Positions 26,827 through 36,328 are shown, counted from the first letter of the stretch. The stretch is 56,923 nucleotides of DNA from Chthoniobacteraceae bacterium (GCA_031409655.1 JANNXQ010000214.1:1-56923), one strand, 5' to 3'. The notes: generated by a model not told the origin, from the letters alone. Numbers and translations: made by a program.

Positions 26827-28404
26827 TTATGCCGCCGCCTTCGTAAGCACCTTGTCTTGTTTCCCCGCGCCTTTCTTTTTTGGAGCGGCTGGCGCGGGCT
26901 TGTTGCGTTTGGCGATGAAGCCGATGAGGTGCGCCATGAATTGCCAGGTCATGCCGACCCCCACGATGATGCAACCCAGGTAAGGCGTAATCCAACTCGG
27001 GTTGCGGACGACTTGGAGCGTGCTCGTGCCGACGTTCTGCGCCACCTCATCGCGACCCATCTGGTATTGGAAGAAGGTCAGTCCCCCGTAACGCAATGGG
27101 CTATTCATGTAGATATCGACCTCGCGGTTTTCGCCCGTCTTTGGATTGGCAACCAGCACCCGGCTCTGAAAGTTCTTCGGGATTCCCTGCGGGTTACTCC
27201 GGGTGATGGTGCCGGGATAGATCTCGTGGGTCGTTTTAAGCAACGTCACCGAGAAGGGGTGGTAGGAGCGCAGCCACCGGAAGGCGGTGCGGTAAGTCTT
27301 ACCTCCGGCAGTAAACGATTGGTCGTTCAAGTAAGGTGAGAGTAACCATTCGCCAAGGCTCCGGCCACTTTCGAGGAGTTCGACCACGGCATAAGGCATA
27401 TTGCGCGTGTCCATGTCCTTGGCTTCAACGAGCGGGATTTTCAGGAAACGCTGACCGGCTCCGCTGGTGGTCGCCCCAGGGAGGTTATCCAGTTCGAGCT
27501 TCTTGCCCGCCGCAACTTTCTGTGCGGCGAAACGCATGGCGCCGCCTTGCTGCATGAAGCGCGCGGCCATTTCCTTGCGGAATCGGGTCTTCAATTCCTC
27601 GCGCAGCTTGCCTTCGCGCGCCGGATCGGCCGCGACCCGCTTCGCTCCGGCCAGGATGTCCGGGTCTTTCTCTCCCACTGTTTCCAAAGCCTCGCGCCAG
27701 ACTTGCGCCCGGCCTTCCATGGCCGCTGCGCGTTCGGCCTGAGGCACCAGGGCATCGGCTGATGAAAGTTGCGCTTCCAGCGTGGCCAGCGCCGTCGTCA
27801 GTTGTCCGCTGGCTTCGATCACGCTGGCGTGCGAGATGACTTCTCCATTCACCGAGTAGTCTTTCACCCGCACCGTAAAAGGTAGCTTCGGATGGGTGAT
27901 GTCCTTCTTCTCGGCGATGATCTCTTCCTGCAAAGAAACCACTTCCTCCTGCCCATCCACCGTGTCCGTGATGAAGACCAGTTCATCCCCTTGTGGACCT
28001 TCGGAGTAACTCCGGGACTCCCCCTCGCGGAAGCGCATGTGACTTTCCACAGAGAGCATGTCCGTCAGGAGCTGACCGACGAGGAGCATGATCACGCCGA
28101 GATGCGTGAGGTGAATGCCGATTTTCTTCGTGCCCCACTGGAAGCGCGCGAGGTGCGCCGCGACCAGATTTACGAGCAACACGATGCCCAGCAGATACCC
28201 GCCCGGAAACACCGGCATTACCCACCAAGGATCGGTCGGTTGATGCTGCACAAGGAAGCTGCGGAACCAGCGATCCTGGGCGTTCCAGAGACCTTCATGG
28301 ACCTGCGCCAGCGTGCCGAAAAAGACGAGGAGGATCGAGAGCGACAGGGTCACTACCGTCAGCCGCAGCGAGGTCAGAAATTTCCAGAGAGAGCGGCTGT
28401 TCAT
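26827..28404 (-). CDS. Cytochrome c biogenesis protein ResB/CcsB
   Basis: SLRLTV, GTLAQ, GIHLTHLG, PKNFQS, IYMNSPLRYGGLTFFQ, PYLGC; adjacent to ccsA. Confidence 0.88.
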   Translation of the reverse strand: MNSRSLWKFLTSLRLTVVTLSLSILLVFFGTLAQVHEGLWNAQDRWFRSFLVQHQPTDPWWVMPVFPGGYLLGIVLLVNLVAAHLARFQWGTKKIGIHLTHLGVIMLLVGQLLTDMLSVESHMRFREGESRSYSEGPQGDELVFITDTVDGQEEVVSLQEEIIAEKKDITHPKLPFTVRVKDYSVNGEVISHASVIEASGQLTTALATLEAQLSSADALVPQAERAAAMEGRAQVWREALETVGEKDPDILAGAKRVAADPAREGKLREELKTRFRKEMAARFMQQGGAMRFAAQKVAAGKKLELDNLPGATTSGAGQRFLKIPLVEAKDMDTRNMPYAVVELLESGRSLGEWLLSPYLNDQSFTAGGKTYRTAFRWLRSYHPFSVTLLKTTHEIYPGTITRSNPQGIPKNFQSRVLVANPKTGENREVDIYMNSPLRYGGLTFFQYQMGRDEVAQNVGTSTLQVVRNPSWITPYLGCIIVGVGMTWQFMAHLIGFIAKRNKPAPAAPKKKGAGKQDKVLTKAAA

Positions 28405-28988
28405 GGGGTGGACGAGACGAAACCAATGAACTCTTCCCGCGCCCTGGCAACTGCGGGCGTGCCGCCGGTGAGCTTATAAAACCACCAGATACTCTCGCGC
28501 GGGACGATGGCGACGAGCATGCGTTTATCGTTGTTGGAGAGGTCCACAAGCAAAGCGTTTGGGGCCGCCGAAAGCGGAGCGACGAGATTGGCGAGCCCGC
28601 TTTCCGTTACGGGCGCAAGGCCGAGCTGGGCGCGCCAGCGGTTCACATTCTGGAGCGTACCACCGGTGTCGCTGGGGAAAACGCTCACGGCGACCTCGGC
28701 CTGCGCGCCATCCTTTTCCGGCACCGTGAAGCGCGCCTGCTGCATCGGGCCGGGCTTCGTTTCCTTCCAGTCCGCGGGAACGGTCCACTTGAATTGCGAC
28801 GGCGCTGCCGGTGCGCTCGCGGTGGGCGTCGGTGCGCTGGGAGCCGTCGCCGGTGCGGTCTCCGTCGGCATCGGAGCCGGCGTGCTTTCCTTTGGCACGG
28901 TGTAGACTTGGACCCCCGGCTTGTTGCACGCCGCGAGCGGAAGGGTCGCGAGGACCAGTAAAAGTGAACGGTGGGCGGGCGATATCAT
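28401..28988 (-). CDS. Hypothetical lipoprotein coupled to resB
   Basis: Lipobox LAAC, Pro/Ala/Thr linker, WTVPADW, GGTLQNVNRWRAQLGL, WFYKLTG; ATGA overlap with resB. Confidence 0.8.
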   Translation of the reverse strand: MISPAHRSLLLVLATLPLAACNKPGVQVYTVPKESTPAPMPTETAPATAPSAPTPTASAPAAPSQFKWTVPADWKETKPGPMQQARFTVPEKDGAQAEVAVSVFPSDTGGTLQNVNRWRAQLGLAPVTESGLANLVAPLSAAPNALLVDLSNNDKRMLVAIVPRESIWWFYKLTGGTPAVARAREEFIGFVSSTP

Positions 28989-29105
28989 AGGTGCGGAGAC
29001 TTGCGGAAAAGGGGTCGGAAGGCTGCCACCACGGAATCAATCCGCCAGCGCAATCTTCCTTAGCGGAGGCTGGCGCGCCGCCAACCGCAACGCATCCACC
29101 GCTGG

Positions 29106-29123
29106 GTTGGGAACGATCCCAAC
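29106..29123. promoter_or_regulatory. Candidate LacI-type operator palindrome
   Basis: GTTGGGAACGATCCCAAC: 18 bp, central CG, one mismatched pair. Confidence 0.45.
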
Positions 29124-29176
29124 GGTCATTCCCGTTGCACTCGGGATGAGAGGAGTTGGCGCAATTCAACCACTCG

Positions 29177-29626
29177 CTACGTGCAAGGCAGCCTGCCCGC
29201 GCGGATTGACGCCCACGGTTCTTCGGTCGAGACATCCGTGGGGTCCGGTGCGGCGGCTTCGGCGTCGGGTAGCTTCGCCGGTGACAAGATCGCCAGAAAG
29301 ACGAGGGGTTCCTGGTGCGGATTGTAGGTCGCGTGGATCTTGCCCGCAGGGATGTGCGCCATCTCACCAGCGCTCAGGATGCGATATTCCTCACCCACCC
29401 ACTGCTCCGCCCGGCCGTAGATCACGTAGATGATTTCCTCCCGATGCGGATGGAAATGGAACGGGTGGCAGCGGCCCGGGTCCATGTTCGCGCGCACGAG
29501 CAGGAGCTTCTCCGCGCCGACGACGTCGGGTCGGCAGAGCCATTCGTTATTGGTCCATGGATTCGTCTCGCGGAGGGCGTCGGCGATCTCGACGAAGAAA
29601 CGTTGCGCGGGGTCGTTCGAACTCAT
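29177..29626 (-). CDS. Cupin domain protein
   Basis: HPFHFHPHREEIIYV and IPAGKIH cupin motifs. Confidence 0.88.
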   Translation of the reverse strand: MSSNDPAQRFFVEIADALRETNPWTNNEWLCRPDVVGAEKLLLVRANMDPGRCHPFHFHPHREEIIYVIYGRAEQWVGEEYRILSAGEMAHIPAGKIHATYNPHQEPLVFLAILSPAKLPDAEAAAPDPTDVSTEEPWASIRAGRLPCT

Positions 29627-29645
29627 GTTGCCTGATGGTACGCGA

Positions 29646-32600
29646 TCACTTCCCCGCTGCCCAGCCTACGGCATTGCGGAGGAGCGTCTGGAATTCCGGG
29701 AGGCCGTGCGCGCGCTCGTCGTGACCGAGGGTCAGGCCGACGATGCGCGCTTTCGGATGTTTCACGAGGAAGACCTGCGGGTAAGTGCCGGGCTGCTTGG
29801 CGGTACTGGTCGCGGTGGCGAGCACTTCGATGGGCGTCGCGGCGGGGTCGGGCTTGAAGTAGTAGAGTTCGTCAGTGATGCGGAAGTTCTTCGTCACCCC
29901 GGCGGTCACGGGATGATCGGCGGTCACGGTGACTTCGTATTCGCCGAGCTTGTCGTGTCCGCGGGTGCCGCCGCCGACGATTTGCAGATTCCATTCGGGG
30001 AAGTCTTTCCACGCATACCAGGTGCCGGGATGGTAGGCGACGATGCCTCTGCCGGAGTTGGCGAAGTCGATGAGCGCCTTCTTTGTCGTGGAGGAAATCG
30101 GCTGATTTGCGCTGAGCACGAGGACGTCGATGCGGTCGAGGATCGCGGCGATGCCGTTGAGGTTCTGCGTAAAATCGACCCAGCCGACGTGCGGGGCGAG
30201 GATCGCTTTGTCGGCGTCGCCGAAGAACTTCACGAAGTCGTGCGACGAACCGCCGCCCACGAGCAGGACGCGCGGGCCTTTCTCCGGACGAGTCGCCGGA
30301 GGCTGCGGCACCACGTCGCTAAATTGCGGCACGAAGTCCGCGTCACTCGCGCCGGCGTCGGCTGCGGGCTTCGCTACGACGGCCGCGACCGCAGGCGCAT
30401 TTGCATCCGCGAGTTCGGCAGTGATTGCCACCAAGGTCGGCGCGGCACCGGTGTCGAGGCTCTCGATGGTGATCCGGTCGATCTCCACCGCACCCAGCGC
30501 CAGCGTGCGGCTGAACGTGCGCAATTGCTGTCCGCCCTTCAGCAAGCCTTCCGCGAACTTCGAGCCGGGCACTTCGACGCGTCCGTTGTAGTCGGCGAAT
30601 TCCACGCCGTTCTTGAAGGTCATCCCTTCGCGCTGCCCCTGCGTGGTGTGGATCGTGACCTTCAGCACCTCGTCGCCACCGCTGCCGCCGCGATAGCCCC
30701 AGCCAGTCACTCCGCCGAGGAAATGGAGCCGGTTCGCCTTGAAGCCGCCGGCCTTCACCTCCACGCGCTGCGGCAGCGTCTTCGAGTAGCTCTGCGGCGG
30801 GCCGCCTTTGAGCACGAGAATGTTTCGCGGCGCTTTCTCCGGGCCGACGACATTGAAGGGCAGCTCGCCGATTTTCACCGTGCCCGTTTTGGCGAAGACG
30901 AAGGAGTCACCTTTCGCATCCGCGGAATTGTAGAGGCCGGTCGAGGTCGAGGCGGTGAAGGCGTCGCGCAGATCGAGCGTGCGGAATTTCCCGCCATCGA
31001 CGCTCTGCATGTAGGCGATGATGTCGCGCAGCATCTCGCCGCCAAGTCCGTCGAAGCCCTCGGGCATGAGCGAGCGGCCCGTGTTCACGCGTGATTTGAG
31101 ATCGGCGACCTTCACCTGCTGCACGCCCACGAGGCTCTTCAGCGTGAGGGTCGTCGGGTTTTCGCTTTCGATCACACCGTTGAAAAGCTGGCCGTCCTTC
31201 GTCTCGAGATTCCACGCGAGGAAGGTGGGATCGACCTCCGCATTCGGATCGACGATCGCGCTGAGCAGCTCGCCTGCACCGTGCGAACCCATGCCGGTCA
31301 GCGCCGGCCCGATCTTCGCGCCCGCGCCGGCAAATTCATGGCACGTCGCGCACGTCACGGTGAAGAGCTGCCGGCCCTTCTCCGCATCGCCCTTGCCCTC
31401 GACGATCGGCGCGAGCTTCGCGATGGCGTCCTTCTTGAGCTTCGCTGTCGGGTTGAGTGCATCGAGCAGCTTCTCCGCGCGCTCGGCGACTTTCTTGTTC
31501 TGATGCGTGCGCAGCCGGTAAGCGTTCGCCGGCCCGAGGGTGGCGACCTCGACCGACTTCGCCTGCACTGCATCGAGGAAAGCGTGCGCCCAATCCGCGC
31601 GCTTGAGCAGCGTGTCAAAGGCGACGGTCTGCGAGTCGGCGGGGAGTTTGGAAAAAGCACCCGCGACGGCTTTGCCGACCGCGGCATCGTCCACGTCGCC
31701 GAGCGCGAGGATGAGCTGGCGCTTGAAGCTCGCGCCACCGTCCTGCGCGAGCGTGGCGACGACGGCGGGCAAAATCTCCGCGCTCGTCCCGCGGATGCCG
31801 ATGAGACTCTGCGCCGCCGCGAGCCGTGCGGTGTCGTCGGCTTTCGCATTGGCGAGTTGGGTGTGGAGTTGAGTGGAAAGTTCCGCGACTCGTGCCTTCA
31901 GCGCGCCAGCCTTGTCCCACTGCGCCGCGAGCGGCAGAGCGGCGCCAAGGAGTAGGGGCGCCTCGCCCCGAGTCCCTTCAGCACCACGGGGCGAGGGCGC
32001 CCCTACTCCCAGTAAGCGCCCGAGCGCCGCCGCGAGTTCCGGCGTCATTGCGGGCGCGGCCTTCAAGGTCTTGCCGAGCGTATCGAGGATGGTGCGCTTC
32101 ATCGCATCGGCGGCAGCCGGTTTGTCCGCGAGCGCGATCACGATCTTCGCGGCGTCTTCGGGCGACGTGAGATTCTGCGTCAGCGCGACGAGCAGCGGTG
32201 CGAACGAATCATCCTTCGCGAGATCGAGCGCCGCCGAGATCGCCGCGACCGGATTGCGCGAAGCCGCCCCCACCGCCGCGCTCCGCTGGAAGTCGTCGTC
32301 GAACTTCGGCCACGCGGCGATCAGCGACTTGGCGGTGCTTTCCATGGGCTCCGCGGCGGCCAGCGCGAGGATCGCGGCGGCGCGGACGCGTGCATCCGGG
32401 TCCGCGAGCTTCTTTTCCACAGCCGCCGCAGCGTCGTTGGCGGCGAGGGATTCCGCACCGAGTGCCGCGTTGCGGCGCACGGCGGGATCCGCGTCTTCCA
32501 GCGCGGCGGCAAACTGCTCCGGCGCAAGCAAACCAAGCGCGCCCATTGTCCACAGCGCTGCGATGCGCGTCTCGGCCGCGGGATGCTTCAGCGAACTGGC

Positions 32601-34847
32601 CACGGCCTTGATCGCGTCGGGAGAGAATCCTTTGCTCGCGCCCGTCTCCGACACGCCTTGAGCCTGCGCCTTTTCACCAACGAGCCGGCGCGCGGTGAAG
32701 CGCACTTGCGAGTTTGCGCTCTCGAGTGCTTTCGCCAGATCGGCGGGTGCGGCCTTCGCGAGATCGGGCGCTGCAACTTTCTTCGCCGCCTTGTGATCGA
32801 TCCGCCAGATGCGGCCGAAGTAGTGGTCGCGGTCGGGGCGCACCGCGGCGTTCACTTCGTTGTGATCGGGGCCGCGCGTGTCGTTGTGGATCACGGCCTG
32901 ATTGTAGAAATCGGCCACGTACATCGCGCCGTCGGGGCCGACGCGGACTTCGATCGGGCGCCACCACATGTCGCGCGAGCGCACAAATTCCGTCTCCTCG
33001 CGGCCGGGCAGTTTCTTCGCCGTGTAGCTGCTGCCTTCGGGCGTGAGCCGCGTGTGATGGATCACATTGATCGTCGGCTCGGTGGTGAAGTAGTCGCCGT
33101 GGTATTCCGCGGGCCAGGTGCCACCGTCGTAGATCACGCAACCGGCGGCGGCGGTGAAGGAGCCGACCCAGTCGATCTGCACATAGGCGAGCTGCTCCCA
33201 CGACATCGCGGGGTAGCTCTTCCCCGAGGGCTCGACGACTTTGTAGCTCGGCGTATTGCCGATCCGCCCGCGCGCGAGCGCCGACTCGGGGAGCACCGTC
33301 TGCATGAGGAGCTGGCCGCTGGTCGGCTGCGTCCACATCACACGATTGTCGCCCGTGATGGTGAGCCCCCAGGTGTTGCCGCCCTTCGAGGAGTATTGCT
33401 CGATCTTCGACCCATCGGGCCGGAACCGCACGACGCCGCTACCGATCGTGCCCTGCGTCTCGCCCTGCACATTCTTCACGTCGCTCGAAGCGCTGTAACC
33501 GTGCGTGGCGTAAATCCACCCGTCCCAGCCCCAGCGCGGATTGTTGATGACGGCGTGCGTATCGCGCGTGCCGAGCCCCGTGTAGAGCTTCTCCACTTTG
33601 TCCGCCTTCCCATCGCCATCCGTGTCGCGGATCCAAAGGATGTCCGGCGCCTGCGTGGCGATCACTCCGTCCTTGTGAAAGACGAAGCCCGTGACGAGAT
33701 CGAGGCCCTCGAAGAACACCTCCTTCTTGTCCATCACGCCATCGCCATTCGTGTCGGTGAGGATGCTGATCTTGTCCTGCCCCTTGCGCTGCTGCTCGCC
33801 GGGCGTCGGGTCGAGGCCGCCGTGATCTTTCCACTCCTTGCCGCGGTAATCGGGCCGCATCCCGCGCCGCCCATTCGGATACTCCGGCGTCTCCGCGACC
33901 CACAAGCGGCCCGCCGGGTCCCAGTCGAAATTCATCGGCTTGGCGATGAGCGGTTCCGCGGCCACGAGCTTCATCGTGAAGTGGGGATGCACTTCGAGAT
34001 TCTTGAGCGTGACCTCCGGGCGCTGCGGTCCGCCGGCGGGGTAAGTGAGCGCGTCGAGTTCCTCCTTCTTCACATACTCATCGAGATTCGTCCGCTTGCC
34101 CGCCCACGCGATGCCGCGCAGCAGGATCGCGCGATACTGTGGCAAGCCGAAGGTCTTGAACTGATGCCCGGGGATCGTGACGAAGGCGCGGTAGCCGTCC
34201 TTTTCGTAAGCCCACATCTGCGCTTGGATGTCGTAGATGTGCGCCGGGTTGCCGGCGGCGGGCTTTTTCCCCTGCTTCACGTTCGGCGTGTAGCTGGCGG
34301 CGAGCACGCGCGCCTCGGACTTCAGGTCCATGTCGTAGTAGATCTCGTCGTCGAGGTGGAAATTCGACGCGCCTTTCGTGATCGGATGCCCGCCGCCGAG
34401 GCGCTGATTCTCCGTGTAGTAGAGGTCCATCGGGCCTTCCTTCCACTTCGTCTGCTTCGGCACCCAAGCGCCGCCGATGGTGTCGCGCCACCACCCCGGA
34501 TTTGTAAAGGACACCGCCGCGGTGTGGATGATCACGAGCCCGCCGCCGCGCTGCTGGAAAGCAGTGATGAGCTTCTCCTGCTCCGGCGTCGCATCCCCGC
34601 CCTCCTGCGCGTAAGCGACGATCACATCCGTCTGCGCGATCTGCTTGGCGGTCGGCCAATCCGTCGCGCCATCGACTTTCATCCCGCGCTCGGCGAGCAG
34701 CGTCTTCCACTCGGCGAGGAAGCGCGGGTGCGCGTGGATTTCCTGGCCGCGATTCTTTTCCCCGCCGCGGATGAAGACCCGGAGCGGCTCAGCCTGTCCG
34801 GCGATGAGGAAGAGGAAGAGGAAGAGGAAGAGGAAGAGACGTTTCAT
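29646..34847 (-). CDS. PVC-type heme-binding CxxCH protein (ThuA, beta-propeller dehydrogenase-like, HEAT, cytochrome c, beta-sandwich, ThuA)
   Basis: Signal peptide, ThuA-like HLDDEIYY and ITDELY, LVAAEP..WDPAGRLWV, GPDGAMYVADFYN, HEAT repeats, CATCH, SLMPEG. Confidence 0.9.
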   Translation of the reverse strand: MKRLFLFLFLFLFLIAGQAEPLRVFIRGGEKNRGQEIHAHPRFLAEWKTLLAERGMKVDGATDWPTAKQIAQTDVIVAYAQEGGDATPEQEKLITAFQQRGGGLVIIHTAAVSFTNPGWWRDTIGGAWVPKQTKWKEGPMDLYYTENQRLGGGHPITKGASNFHLDDEIYYDMDLKSEARVLAASYTPNVKQGKKPAAGNPAHIYDIQAQMWAYEKDGYRAFVTIPGHQFKTFGLPQYRAILLRGIAWAGKRTNLDEYVKKEELDALTYPAGGPQRPEVTLKNLEVHPHFTMKLVAAEPLIAKPMNFDWDPAGRLWVAETPEYPNGRRGMRPDYRGKEWKDHGGLDPTPGEQQRKGQDKISILTDTNGDGVMDKKEVFFEGLDLVTGFVFHKDGVIATQAPDILWIRDTDGDGKADKVEKLYTGLGTRDTHAVINNPRWGWDGWIYATHGYSASSDVKNVQGETQGTIGSGVVRFRPDGSKIEQYSSKGGNTWGLTITGDNRVMWTQPTSGQLLMQTVLPESALARGRIGNTPSYKVVEPSGKSYPAMSWEQLAYVQIDWVGSFTAAAGCVIYDGGTWPAEYHGDYFTTEPTINVIHHTRLTPEGSSYTAKKLPGREETEFVRSRDMWWRPIEVRVGPDGAMYVADFYNQAVIHNDTRGPDHNEVNAAVRPDRDHYFGRIWRIDHKAAKKVAAPDLAKAAPADLAKALESANSQVRFTARRLVGEKAQAQGVSETGASKGFSPDAIKAVASSLKHPAAETRIAALWTMGALGLLAPEQFAAALEDADPAVRRNAALGAESLAANDAAAAVEKKLADPDARVRAAAILALAAAEPMESTAKSLIAAWPKFDDDFQRSAAVGAASRNPVAAISAALDLAKDDSFAPLLVALTQNLTSPEDAAKIVIALADKPAAADAMKRTILDTLGKTLKAAPAMTPELAAALGRLLGVGAPSPRGAEGTRGEAPLLLGAALPLAAQWDKAGALKARVAELSTQLHTQLANAKADDTARLAAAQSLIGIRGTSAEILPAVVATLAQDGGASFKRQLILALGDVDDAAVGKAVAGAFSKLPADSQTVAFDTLLKRADWAHAFLDAVQAKSVEVATLGPANAYRLRTHQNKKVAERAEKLLDALNPTAKLKKDAIAKLAPIVEGKGDAEKGRQLFTVTCATCHEFAGAGAKIGPALTGMGSHGAGELLSAIVDPNAEVDPTFLAWNLETKDGQLFNGVIESENPTTLTLKSLVGVQQVKVADLKSRVNTGRSLMPEGFDGLGGEMLRDIIAYMQSVDGGKFRTLDLRDAFTASTSTGLYNSADAKGDSFVFAKTGTVKIGELPFNVVGPEKAPRNILVLKGGPPQSYSKTLPQRVEVKAGGFKANRLHFLGGVTGWGYRGGSGGDEVLKVTIHTTQGQREGMTFKNGVEFADYNGRVEVPGSKFAEGLLKGGQQLRTFSRTLALGAVEIDRITIESLDTGAAPTLVAITAELADANAPAVAAVVAKPAADAGASDADFVPQFSDVVPQPPATRPEKGPRVLLVGGGSSHDFVKFFGDADKAILAPHVGWVDFTQNLNGIAAILDRIDVLVLSANQPISSTTKKALIDFANSGRGIVAYHPGTWYAWKDFPEWNLQIVGGGTRGHDKLGEYEVTVTADHPVTAGVTKNFRITDELYYFKPDPAATPIEVLATATSTAKQPGTYPQVFLVKHPKARIVGLTLGHDERAHGLPEFQTLLRNAVGWAAGK
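31946..32009. repeat. GTAG-type REP-like doublet inside the PVC heme protein CDS
   Basis: CAAGGAGTAGGGGCGCCTCGCCCCG...CGGGGCGAGGGCGCCCCTACTCC; homologous to 22236-22298. Confidence 0.85.
34806..34838. repeat. (GAGGAA)5.5 tandem hexamer encoding LF repeats in signal peptide
   Basis: Direct reading; translation MKRLFLFLFLFLFLIAG. Confidence 0.9.
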
Positions 34848-35021
34848 GACGATGGAGTTGGAGGGTGCGGATGGTGGCGCGGAGCGCGGCCAGATGAGCG
34901 GAATCATTGCCCGACTCTTAGCCCGAGGACATCCCGAATTACGCACGAAGAGCTATCGCGGAAGCACACGGTCGGCGTTGACGGCGCTCCTAGCAGCACG
35001 GCAATTTCCTCGCCCGCGCCG

Positions 35022-35864
35022 ATGCCCGAGAAATCCACACCCCTTTCGGAGACGCACATCATCGGCGCAGAGACTCGGGAGGTGAAGGTGCGCGCGGTGG
35101 AATGTCCGCCGCTCGCAGGGCACCACATCGCGCACGTCGGGGTGGCGGATGCGGCGGCGCCGTATGAGATGGTACGGCTGGATCTGAGCGGGACGTATCT
35201 GCTCTCGTGCTTCTCGGGGCGCGGGGAAATCCTGCTCGATGGCCGCTGGCAGCAGTGTCGCGAAGGCTGGGCCTGTCTCGCGCCGCCGCACGCGCTGCTC
35301 GCCTTTCGGGCGGTGAAAGGAACGCGCTGGGGTTTTACGTGGGTGCGCTATCAGCAGCCGCCGGAGCAGCGACCGATCATCTCGGCGTCGTCGCCGGCGC
35401 TGGCGCGGTTCGATCCCGCGCCGATCCGCTGCGCGGTGGAGGGGCTTTTTTCGGAAATGCAGTCGCAGGTCGCGCCGATGGCGGTGACGCACTGGGTTGA
35501 GCTCATCCACACCTACGTGCTCCGCTTTGCCCGGCCGTGGCAGAGCGACGATCGGCTCGGGCATCTCTGGGAGCATGTCGCGGTGCGGCTCGGGGAAAAG
35601 TGGTCGCTCGATCTCCTCGCGGCGCGCTGCCACCTGAGCACCGAGCATCTGCGACGGCTGTGCCGGCGGGAGTTGGGGCGCTCGCCGATGCATCAGGTGA
35701 TCTATCTGCGGATGCAGCTCGCGGCGAAGTTGCTCGCGACCACCGAGGACAAGGTCGAGACGATCGCCCGCGCGGTCGGCTACGAGAATCCGTTTGTCTT
35801 CTCGACGACCTTTAAGAAGTGGGTCGGCTGGCGTCCGAGCGACTATCGCGCGAAGGGCCGCTAA
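35022..35864 (+). CDS. AraC-family transcriptional regulator
   Basis: C-terminal double HTH (LAARCHLSTEHLRRL, IARAVGYENPFVFSTTFKK..G.RPSDYR); divergent from the PVC protein gene. Confidence 0.92.
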   Translation: MPEKSTPLSETHIIGAETREVKVRAVECPPLAGHHIAHVGVADAAAPYEMVRLDLSGTYLLSCFSGRGEILLDGRWQQCREGWACLAPPHALLAFRAVKGTRWGFTWVRYQQPPEQRPIISASSPALARFDPAPIRCAVEGLFSEMQSQVAPMAVTHWVELIHTYVLRFARPWQSDDRLGHLWEHVAVRLGEKWSLDLLAARCHLSTEHLRRLCRRELGRSPMHQVIYLRMQLAAKLLATTEDKVETIARAVGYENPFVFSTTFKKWVGWRPSDYRAKGR

Positions 35865-35876
35865 CCAGCCTCTCCC

Positions 35877-36293
35877 TCAGCTAAACGTCAGGTTCTTCAC
35901 GCCGGCGGCGGCGGCCGCGTTCAGCACCTCGATGATCCGTTCGTGGCGCGTCTCGGAAGCCGGGCGAATGATCACCGGATCTTCGCCGCCAAATTGCTCG
36001 ATGGAGCCCTTCAGCCACTCGCGCAAGGCAGTGAGATTTTTGTCCGTGGGGGCGCCGTATTGGGTGCTGTTCATCGAGACCTGGCCCTCGGGCGAGATGT
36101 CGATGACGATGGGCGTCTTGGGCGCGCTGCTCGTGGAGGTCGCGCCGCTCGGGAGGCTGATGTTGAGTTCCTTTTCCTTCACCTGCGCACCGACGCAGGC
36201 CATGAAATAGAGCATGAGCACGAAAACGACATCGACCATCGGTGCGATTTGAAAACCGATGTCGCCATCATCTGATCCTACGGAGCCGGCCAT
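35877..36293 (-). CDS. ExbD/TolR protein
   Basis: FQIAPMVDVVFVLMLYF; VIIRP. Confidence 0.9.
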   Translation of the reverse strand: MAGSVGSDDGDIGFQIAPMVDVVFVLMLYFMACVGAQVKEKELNISLPSGATSTSSAPKTPIVIDISPEGQVSMNSTQYGAPTDKNLTALREWLKGSIEQFGGEDPVIIRPASETRHERIIEVLNAAAAAGVKNLTFS

Positions 36294-36328
36294 GGGTGTT
36301 TTGGAGGTTTGGGGGTTAAGTTGCCGCC

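Noticed and set aside
32583..35864. 1093-aa ORF appearing as a giant AraC fusion
   Set aside because: Only the last 280 aa (from 35022) are AraC-like; the rest is the antisense frame of the PVC heme protein gene.
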